64,000 nucleotides of DNA, from NCBI GenBank assembly GCA_031379665.1, contig JANNFI010000044.1, positions 13,574-77,573 on the forward strand. Reading direction: 5' to 3'. Made by a program: the position numbers and the translations under genes. Position 1 is the stretch's first letter. Each line of letters starts with the position of its first letter. Origin of the DNA: Ignavibacteria bacterium (GTDB taxonomy: Bacteria; Bacteroidota; Ignavibacteria; UBA10030; SZUA-254). The notes under the pieces are model-generated. The model worked only from the letters and a program-made list of their open reading frames with translations, made no database searches and was not told where the DNA came from. Of this stretch, positions 57,105 through 64,000 are shown piece after piece.

Positions 57105-58424
57105 ATGCGGAAGGCGTCTTTCCATACCCTCGGGTGCAAACTCAACTACGCCGAGACCGTCACGCTCGCCCGGCGGTTCCGCGAGCGCGGGTACGCGATC
57201 GTCGGCGCCCACGAGCCGGCAGACGTCTTCGTCCTGAACACCTGCACCGTCACCGAGCGGGCCGACCGGGAGTGCCGCCAGATCATCAGGCGGGTCCTGC
57301 GCAATTCTCCCGGCACGTTCGTCATCGTGACGGGTTGTTACGCGCAGCTCAACGCGGCGGAGATCGCGTCGATCGGCGGGGTGGACCTCGTGCTCGGAAC
57401 GGCGGATAAGTTCTCCGCGGCGGAGCTCTCCGGCGCCCTCGAAAAACGGGCGGTCCCGCAGGTGTTCGTCTCCTGCATCGACGAGGCTGAGGATTGCGTC
57501 GAGGCGTTCTCGGGGAGCCAGGACGGCACCCGGACCAGGGCGTTTCTCAAGGTTCAGGATGGGTGCGACTATTCCTGCTCCTTCTGCACCATCCCCCTGG
57601 CGCGCGGCGCCAGCAGGAGCATCCCGGAGGACCGGGTCGTCGAGGCGGCCACGAAGCTGGGCGATGAAGGGTATCGCGAGGTGGTTCTCACCGGCGTCAA
57701 CGTCGGAGATTACGGCCGGGTCTCCGGCGGCAGCCTGCTCGGCCTGGTCCGACGGCTCGACGGGATCGGTTCGGTGGACCGTTTCCGCATCAGCTCGATC
57801 GAACCGAACCTCCTGTCGGAGGAGCTGATCAGCTTCATCCTCGGTTCCCGGCGGTTCGTCAACCACTTCCATCTTCCCCTGCAGAGTGGGTCGCCCGACA
57901 TCCTGCGGGCGATGAAACGGCGCTATACGCGGGACCAGTACGAGGCGCGAATCGACGCGATCCGCGCCCTGGACCCCCGCGCCGGGATCGGTGCTGACGT
58001 CATCGTCGGTTTTCCGGGTGAGACGCCGGCGTTGTTCGCAGAAACGGTCGGGTTCCTCGAACGCCTTGCGCTGTCGTACCTTCACGTCTTCACCTACTCC
58101 GAGCGCGAGGCGACGGCGGCGACCGCGATGCGGAACCCGGTGGAGCCCGGCGAGCGTTACCATCGCAGCGACAGGGTCAGGGAGCTGGGGCGGCGGAAGC
58201 GGGAAGCGTTCAATGCGGGCTTCGTTGGCGAAACCCTCGACGTGCTCTTCGAGCAGGCGTCCTCCCCCGGGGTCGCCACCGGCCTGACCTCGAACTACAT
58301 CCGGGTGACGGTCCCGGATGACGGGGGGTTGGTCAACCGCATCCTCCCCGTGGCCATCACGGGAGCCTCGGACGAGGCCTGCGAGGGGTCGCTCGCACTG
58401 CGGCCACGCGCGGCAGTCGCGTAA
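57105..58424 (+). CDS. mtaB: tRNA methylthiotransferase MtaB (radical SAM)
   Basis: TLGCKLNYAET, NTCTVT, TGCYAQ, RTRAFLKVQDGCDYSCSFC, ISSIEP, HVFTYSER. Confidence 0.93.
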   Translation: MRKASFHTLGCKLNYAETVTLARRFRERGYAIVGAHEPADVFVLNTCTVTERADRECRQIIRRVLRNSPGTFVIVTGCYAQLNAAEIASIGGVDLVLGTADKFSAAELSGALEKRAVPQVFVSCIDEAEDCVEAFSGSQDGTRTRAFLKVQDGCDYSCSFCTIPLARGASRSIPEDRVVEAATKLGDEGYREVVLTGVNVGDYGRVSGGSLLGLVRRLDGIGSVDRFRISSIEPNLLSEELISFILGSRRFVNHFHLPLQSGSPDILRAMKRRYTRDQYEARIDAIRALDPRAGIGADVIVGFPGETPALFAETVGFLERLALSYLHVFTYSEREATAATAMRNPVEPGERYHRSDRVRELGRRKREAFNAGFVGETLDVLFEQASSPGVATGLTSNYIRVTVPDDGGLVNRILPVAITGASDEACEGSLALRPRAAVA

Positions 58425-58451
58425 TGATGAAGTTTTTGAAAGGACCATGAC

Positions 58452-59240
58452 GTGGCATCAAACCATATAACAGGACCCTTCCGAGCGGTGCTCATCGTGT
58501 TCGCGGGGCTCTTCGCGACGCTCCAGGCGGCCGGACAATCCTCCCTTCGAACGGTTCCTCCGCCGTTCCCGGTCCCGATGACCGGCCTGTCGTCCGGTCG
58601 CGGTGACCTCGCCGGAGCAGAGGCCTACGCTCAGGAGGTCGACGCGACGGCGGACGGAAAGAAGAGCGTCGGACTGGCGGTCCTGTACTCGCTCCTCCTC
58701 CCCGGGATGGGAGAGCTTTACGCGGGAGACTACGGCACCGGGAAGTACTTCACCGGGGCGGACGGCGTCCTCTGGATCACGCTCGCGGCGATCGATCATC
58801 ACGGCACTTCGATGCAGGACGATGCGCGGACCTACGCCGCGCTGCACGCCGGCTTCGATCCCTCCGGCAAGGACGATGACTATTACATCGACGTCAGCAA
58901 TTTCAACGACGTCTACGCCTACAACGAGCAGGTCCTCAGGGACCGCGACGCCTACAAGCTCTACGATCCAACCTCGGCGCAGTACTGGAAGTGGGACTCG
59001 GACGGAAACAGGTCGGCGTACCGCGACCAGCGGGTCGCTTCCGACGCGATCCTCAACAACACCCAGTTCGTCGTCGCAGCCCTGATGGTGAACCGCGTCC
59101 TCAGCGCCATCAACGCGGCGAGGATCGTCATCTCCGGGAACAGGGAGAAGTCCGGCGACGCCCTCGAGATCGGCGCAAACGTTTTGGGTGGTCCATTCCG
59201 CCCCCACGGCATCGCCCTGTCCGTCACCCGCCAATTCTGA
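58452..59240 (+). CDS. Hypothetical exported/membrane protein
   Basis: Signal-like N-terminus, SLLLPGMGELYAG, WKWDS, NRVLSAINA, C-terminal Phe. Confidence 0.7.
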   Translation: MASNHITGPFRAVLIVFAGLFATLQAAGQSSLRTVPPPFPVPMTGLSSGRGDLAGAEAYAQEVDATADGKKSVGLAVLYSLLLPGMGELYAGDYGTGKYFTGADGVLWITLAAIDHHGTSMQDDARTYAALHAGFDPSGKDDDYYIDVSNFNDVYAYNEQVLRDRDAYKLYDPTSAQYWKWDSDGNRSAYRDQRVASDAILNNTQFVVAALMVNRVLSAINAARIVISGNREKSGDALEIGANVLGGPFRPHGIALSVTRQF

Positions 59241-59282
59241 CGGACCGCCGGGTCCACCGGCCGGATCCGCTGCCCGCACCCC

Positions 59283-60011
59283 ATGCGGAACATCAAACTC
59301 GTCATCGAATACGACGGCGGCGCCTACGCCGGCTGGCAGCGACAGGCCGGCGACCCGACCGTACAGGCGGCTCTCGAGGATGCGCTGGCCACGCTCCTGC
59401 GCGAAAGCGTCACGCTCAACGGCGCGGGGAGGACGGACGCCGGCGTACACGCCCGCGCTCAGGTGGCGAACTTCCACACCTCCTCACCGATCGATCCGGT
59501 CCGCATCAGGCGCGGGCTGAACGCCCTGCTGCCGCGCGACATCGCCGTCGTCGTCTGCGAGGAAGCGGTTGCATCCTTCCACGCCCGATTCGACGCCGTC
59601 GCGCGCCGGTACGTCTATACTATTAGCACTTCCGCGACCGCCCTCGACCGACGGTACGTCTGGCACGTCAGGTCCGCCCTCGACGCCGCGCCGATGCGCG
59701 AGGCCGCGGCGTCGCTCCTTGGCGCCCACGACTTTACATCGTTCTGCCGGACCGGAGCGGACGTCCGGCACTACGTCTGCCGGGTGAGCGAGGCCGAGTG
59801 GTTGGTCTCCGGGGCCAGGATCCGTTTCGCCGTCACCGCCGACCGCTTCCTCCACGGAATGGTCCGGGCCCTGGTCGGTTCGATGGTCGATGTCGGACGG
59901 GGGTACCGCGACCTCGCCTGGTTCGGTCGAATCCTCGGGACGAAGGACAGGCGTGAAGCCGGCCCCGCCGCCCCTGCGCGCGGCCTGGTGCTCGACCGGG
60001 TCTACTATTGA
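59283..60011 (+). CDS. truA: tRNA pseudouridine(38-40) synthase
   Basis: EYDG..YAGWQRQ, GRTDAGVHA, FHARF, HDFTSF, FLHGMVR, GLVL. Confidence 0.96.
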   Translation: MRNIKLVIEYDGGAYAGWQRQAGDPTVQAALEDALATLLRESVTLNGAGRTDAGVHARAQVANFHTSSPIDPVRIRRGLNALLPRDIAVVVCEEAVASFHARFDAVARRYVYTISTSATALDRRYVWHVRSALDAAPMREAAASLLGAHDFTSFCRTGADVRHYVCRVSEAEWLVSGARIRFAVTADRFLHGMVRALVGSMVDVGRGYRDLAWFGRILGTKDRREAGPAAPARGLVLDRVYY

Positions 60012-60123
60012 GCTGCTGCCGATCCGCGATCGTCGACACTCCATTTTGGGAAGTCCGCCCAATCTCGTACATTAACCGGGTGATGATCAACACTTTTTCG
60101 CCGACCGCGCGCGGGGCCGACCG

Positions 60124-61431
60124 ATGAGCTTTTCAGAGGTAATCGGCAACCTCATCTTCCTCCTGTTCCTGGTAGTGGCGAACGGCTTCTTCGTAGCCGC
60201 CGAATTCGCCATCGTCAAGGTCCGGTCCACGCAGATCGCCCAAAAGGTGAAGGCGGGGCATCGTCGCGCGGCCCTCGCCAAGAACATTCTGGACCATCTC
60301 GACGCCTACCTCTCCGCGACGCAGCTTGGAATCACGTTCACGAGCCTCGCGCTCGGATGGGCGGGGGAACCGGTCCTGGCGACGATGATCGAACCGTCCC
60401 TCTTGGCGCTCGGCGTCGCCGACCCGCGGGTCATCTACGTGGTCGCCTTCGGTTTGAGTTTCGGCGTCCTGACGTTCCTCCACATCGTGATCGGCGAGCT
60501 CGCGCCCAAATCACTGGCCATCCGGTACCCCGAGTCCACGACGCTGATGGTCTCGATCCCGCTCCAGCTCTTCTACCGTCTCTTCAAGCCGGTCATTTAC
60601 GTCCTCAACGGGACGGCGAATTTCTTCCTCCGGGCGATCGGCATTCCACCGGCGTCCACCAGGGAACTGCTCCACTCGCCCGAGGAGCTCGAACTCATCG
60701 TGCGGGAAGGCGCCAAATCCGGCATCATCGACGAAACCGAGAAGGAACTCATCACCAGCATCTTCGATTTTTCGGAGACCCTCGCCAAGGAGATCATGGT
60801 GCCGAGGACGGACATGGTGGCGATCGACGTCACGATCGCCCGCGAGGCGCTCATCAGAAGGGTCACCGAGGAGGGGTACTCCCGGATGCCGGTCTACCGC
60901 GAGAACGTGGACAACATCATCGGCATCATCCACACAAAGGACCTCCTGAGCCTCGTCGAACACCGCGACCTGATCGTGCTCGACGACATCATCCGGCCCG
61001 CGCATTTCGTCCCGGGCACGCTCAGCATCAGCACGCTCCTGCGCGAGCTTCAGCAGCGCAAGGTCACGATGGCGATCGTGGTGGACGAGTTCGGCGGCAC
61101 GCTCGGCCTCGTGACGATCGAGGACATCCTGGAGGAGATTGTGGGGGAGATCCACGATGAATACGACGAGGTGCTCAAGGAGTTCGAGCAGGTCGGGGTC
61201 GATGCGATGCTTGTCGACGCGGGCGTCCCGATCAAGGATTTCAACGAGAAATTCGGTTCGGAGCTCCCGGTCGACGGGGAGTACGACACCATCGGCGGGT
61301 TCATCTTCAAGATCAGCGGCCACATCCCGGAACACCAGGAGGTGATCCAGTACGGCAACCTCCAGTTCACGGTGATGAAGAAGGGGCAGCGGCGCATCCG
61401 CCAGGTGAAGGTCCGCAGGATCTCCGGATGA
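60124..61431 (+). CDS. Hemolysin-family CNNM/CBS/CorC domain membrane protein
   Basis: NGFFVAAEFA, TQLGIT, GELAPK, MVPRTD, YSRMPVY, VDEFGG, EDILEEIVGEIHDEYD. Confidence 0.93.
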   Translation: MSFSEVIGNLIFLLFLVVANGFFVAAEFAIVKVRSTQIAQKVKAGHRRAALAKNILDHLDAYLSATQLGITFTSLALGWAGEPVLATMIEPSLLALGVADPRVIYVVAFGLSFGVLTFLHIVIGELAPKSLAIRYPESTTLMVSIPLQLFYRLFKPVIYVLNGTANFFLRAIGIPPASTRELLHSPEELELIVREGAKSGIIDETEKELITSIFDFSETLAKEIMVPRTDMVAIDVTIAREALIRRVTEEGYSRMPVYRENVDNIIGIIHTKDLLSLVEHRDLIVLDDIIRPAHFVPGTLSISTLLRELQQRKVTMAIVVDEFGGTLGLVTIEDILEEIVGEIHDEYDEVLKEFEQVGVDAMLVDAGVPIKDFNEKFGSELPVDGEYDTIGGFIFKISGHIPEHQEVIQYGNLQFTVMKKGQRRIRQVKVRRISG

Positions 61432-62141
61432 AGCACCCGAACGCGATCATCCTCTTCGCGCGGACCCCCGAGCTCACTCGTTCCGCCGGGAGCGAGCCGT
61501 TCGCGGCCCTCCCCTGGGACGACCTCGACTCGATATTCCACGCCTGCGCGGGGGACCTCGTCCAGGCGGCGGCGGCGGTCGGGGAGACGGACGTGCTCGT
61601 CTACCGGGGCGCCACCTTTCCGGTGGAACGCCTGATGGTCTCCGGCGGCAACGGCATTCGGCAGTTCGAGATGGGGCCGGTTCCGTTCGACGAATGCGTC
61701 CAGCAGGCGGTCGAGAACGCCTTCCTCGAGTATTACCACCGTGTCACGGTCGTCGTTGAAAACAACCCCCTCATCGGGAGGGACGCCTTCCGTACGGCCA
61801 ACGAGCAGCTGGGCGTCGAAGACGATTGTGCCGTGATCACGCCGGCGGAAGACGACCGCGTCGTCCTCGTCGCGTTAAAGGCCAACTACCCGTCGCTCTT
61901 CGTTGGGAAGGGGGGGAGCTCCGACGGCCGGTCGTCGGGCCTGCTCTCCAGGCTCTGCGAGCTGGACGCGCTGGTCTTCCCGACGCAGCCGTCTTTCACC
62001 CTCGGGACGACGGCGAACATCGAACGGCTCCGCGGGGAACTCTCGCTGCGTGACCCGGGAAGCACCGATTTTCCGAAGCGGACGAGCGCGGTCTTCAGGT
62101 CGCTGGAAAAGAAATACCGGTGGAAGAAGGCCCAGCCGTGA
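61428..62141 (+). CDS. Hypothetical protein, divergent DUF2064/GT-A-like
   Basis: AIILFARTP start and PAEDD segment recall DUF2064; overlaps both neighbours. Confidence 0.6.
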   Translation: MKHPNAIILFARTPELTRSAGSEPFAALPWDDLDSIFHACAGDLVQAAAAVGETDVLVYRGATFPVERLMVSGGNGIRQFEMGPVPFDECVQQAVENAFLEYYHRVTVVVENNPLIGRDAFRTANEQLGVEDDCAVITPAEDDRVVLVALKANYPSLFVGKGGSSDGRSSGLLSRLCELDALVFPTQPSFTLGTTANIERLRGELSLRDPGSTDFPKRTSAVFRSLEKKYRWKKAQP

Positions 62142-62716
62142 ACGTCGCCGTCTACGGTGGAACCTTCAATCCGCCGCACTGCGGACACCTCGTCGTCGCC
62201 GAGAGCGTCCGGGAGTCGCTCCGGCTCGACCGCATCCTGTTCGTCCCCACCAGCACTCCCCCGCACAAGGGGATCCAGTCACTCGCCCCCGCCTCCGACA
62301 GGTTGACGATGACGAAGCTCGCCGTGGCGGGGAACGACGGCTTCGAGGCCTCCGACCTCGAAGTTGCCAGGGGCGGGCTCTCCTACACCGTCGACACGCT
62401 CCGGGCCGTGGCCCTTCGCCATCCCGGGTCGCGGCTGAAACTGCTCATCGGGGCCGACAACGTCTTCGAGTTCGAGGGGTGGAAATCGCCGGCCGAGATC
62501 CTCGACATCGCCGATCTGGTGGTGATGAGCCGGCCGGGGTATGACACACAGAAATCGCGCCCGGCGTTCCTCGCGCACGCCGCCCTCGTGAGTGTTCCGC
62601 AAATCGGCATTTCAGGCACCGACATACGCCGGCGGGTGAAATTTCATCAGTCGATACGCTATCTGGTGCCCCCGGCGGTCGAAGAGTATATCCGCCGTCA
62701 CGCCCTGTACAGATAG
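62138..62716 (+). CDS. nadD: Nicotinate-nucleotide adenylyltransferase
   Basis: GGTFNPPHCGH, PPHK, SYTVDTL, IGAD, ISGTDIR. Confidence 0.96.
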   Translation: MNVAVYGGTFNPPHCGHLVVAESVRESLRLDRILFVPTSTPPHKGIQSLAPASDRLTMTKLAVAGNDGFEASDLEVARGGLSYTVDTLRAVALRHPGSRLKLLIGADNVFEFEGWKSPAEILDIADLVVMSRPGYDTQKSRPAFLAHAALVSVPQIGISGTDIRRRVKFHQSIRYLVPPAVEEYIRRHALYR

Positions 62717-62792
62717 GGATTGTGCCTTTTTTTGAATATCCCTACATTGATGTAGTCGTAGGGTTATGTTGCCCATCATCCGGAGACAGGTC

Positions 62793-64000
62793 ATGAGAGT
62801 ACTGAATGTGGTTGGTCTCGGCGTTCTTGTTGCGGCAGTCCTGGGGACGGCCACAGGCGGAAACCTCAAATCCGCGGGGGGCGGGGTGCCTCAGCGCCTC
62901 CCAGCCGGCGCTCAACCGAAAACTCCCGGTAACAGCCACTATCTCCCGGACCGGGTGATCGTGAAGATGGCCGACGATCCCCGCTCGGCGACCGGCAAGG
63001 CCGATCCCCGCACGGCGTTCGCCGGCTTCTACCAGGCGCGCCGCCTCGAGCGGATGTTCCCGACATCGAAGGTCACGGCGGGGGTTCCGGGCGCTGACCT
63101 CTCGGGCCTTTATGTAATGCAATACGACGCCCCGATCGATCCGTTCACCGCGGCGGCCGAGATCTCAAGAATGTCCGGCGTGGAGTACGCCGAGCCGTGG
63201 TTCATCTATGAACTCTCGGAACTCTCCGGCGCGACGGCCTACACGCCGAACGATTCGAGCTTCAACCTGCAGTGGTACCTCAAGAGCGTCAGGGCCGACA
63301 GCGCCTGGGAGATAGAGAAAGGCGATTCGAACGTCGTGATCGGCTTCGTGGACACCGGCGTCCAGACCGACCATCCCGACCTCGCGGCGAACATCTGGAT
63401 CAACCCGGGGGAGGACGGCCTCGACGGCGGCCTCAACGATAAACGCACGAACAACGTCGACGACGACGGGAACGGCAAGATCGACGACTGGAACGGATGG
63501 GATTTCGGGGGGGCTGATTTTAATGCCCCGACCGAGGACAACGTCCCGAAGCCGACCGCGTCGAACAACGCACACGGTACGCACGTCGCCGGGATCGCCT
63601 GCGCGGTCACCGACAACAACCGGGGCATCGCCGGGGCGGGGTTTCACACGAGGATCCTGCCGGTGAAGGCCAGCGCGGACAACGATACCCGGGGACCCGG
63701 CGGGAGCCCCTACATCATCGGCGGTTACAAGGGAATAGTCTACGCCGCGGAAACGGGCGTCGACATCATCAGCCTGAGCTGGGGAGGATCGGGGTATTCG
63801 CAGGCCGAGCAGGACGTGATCAACTACGCGACCGCGCAGGGCGCGCTCATCGTCGCGGCGGCGGGCAATACCGGCTCGGCGGCGGAGCTCCAGTATCCCG
63901 CCAGCTACGATAACGTCATCTCCGTCGCCGCCACACAATATAATGCCGACCTCAAAACGACGTATTCGAGCTACAACGAACGCGTCGATGTCTCCGCGCC
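62793..64000 (+). CDS. S8 (subtilisin-like) serine peptidase; runs off the window
   Basis: My translation: signal peptide, propeptide (VEYAEP), PNDSSF, catalytic VDTG and HGTHVAG, SLSWG, oxyanion AAAGN, YPASY. Confidence 0.92.
   Translation, partial: MRVLNVVGLGVLVAAVLGTATGGNLKSAGGGVPQRLPAGAQPKTPGNSHYLPDRVIVKMADDPRSATGKADPRTAFAGFYQARRLERMFPTSKVTAGVPGADLSGLYVMQYDAPIDPFTAAAEISRMSGVEYAEPWFIYELSELSGATAYTPNDSSFNLQWYLKSVRADSAWEIEKGDSNVVIGFVDTGVQTDHPDLAANIWINPGEDGLDGGLNDKRTNNVDDDGNGKIDDWNGWDFGGADFNAPTEDNVPKPTASNNAHGTHVAGIACAVTDNNRGIAGAGFHTRILPVKASADNDTRGPGGSPYIIGGYKGIVYAAETGVDIISLSWGGSGYSQAEQDVINYATAQGALIVAAAGNTGSAAELQYPASYDNVISVAATQYNADLKTTYSSYNERVDVSA

Overview
GC-rich bacterial chromosomal window, densely packed with housekeeping and metabolic genes. 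I saw no integrase, transposase, prophage, CRISPR array or rRNA. The gene content (bshA, folP-cdaA, DUF6249/ECF module, FCB-type outer-membrane proteins) plus canonical sigma70 promoters and SD sites suggests an Ignavibacteria-like member of the FCB/Bacteroidota-Chlorobiota group; this is inference. Gene order: partial MltD-type LysM protein, tRNA-Ser(CGA), nucleotide-sugar genes (DegT-type aminotransferase, ugd, uxs), a prx-bcp-PTPS-folE-SDR-SDR operon, a tyrosine/homogentisate catabolic cluster, a ~1170-aa outer-membrane protein, ogt, uvrD/pcrA, a DUF6249/ECF sigma/anti-sigma module, uppP, a membrane pyrophosphatase, bshA, a hybrid iscR-iscS-orf-sufBCDSUT-iscA operon, a frameshifted Tat-signal MnSOD, microproteins, folP-cdaA-pcm-miaA, tRNA-Pro(CGG), der, relA/spoT, HU/IHF, ruvX, an AlbA_2 protein, a hybrid histidine kinase, trmH, cmk-rpsA, mtaB, truA, a CNNM/CBS protein, nadD and a partial S8 protease. 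Best leads: (1) a probable tetrahydrobiopterin operon coupled to two peroxiredoxins; (2) mirror-image ECF promoters that reveal a sigma factor's motif and target; (3) a helically phased 7 x 11-bp array inside the Fe-S locus; (4) a SOD gene with two start sites that could give exported and cytoplasmic isoforms; (5) uncharacterised small proteins in and around the Fe-S operon. All homology calls come from motif recognition by eye; no database search was run.
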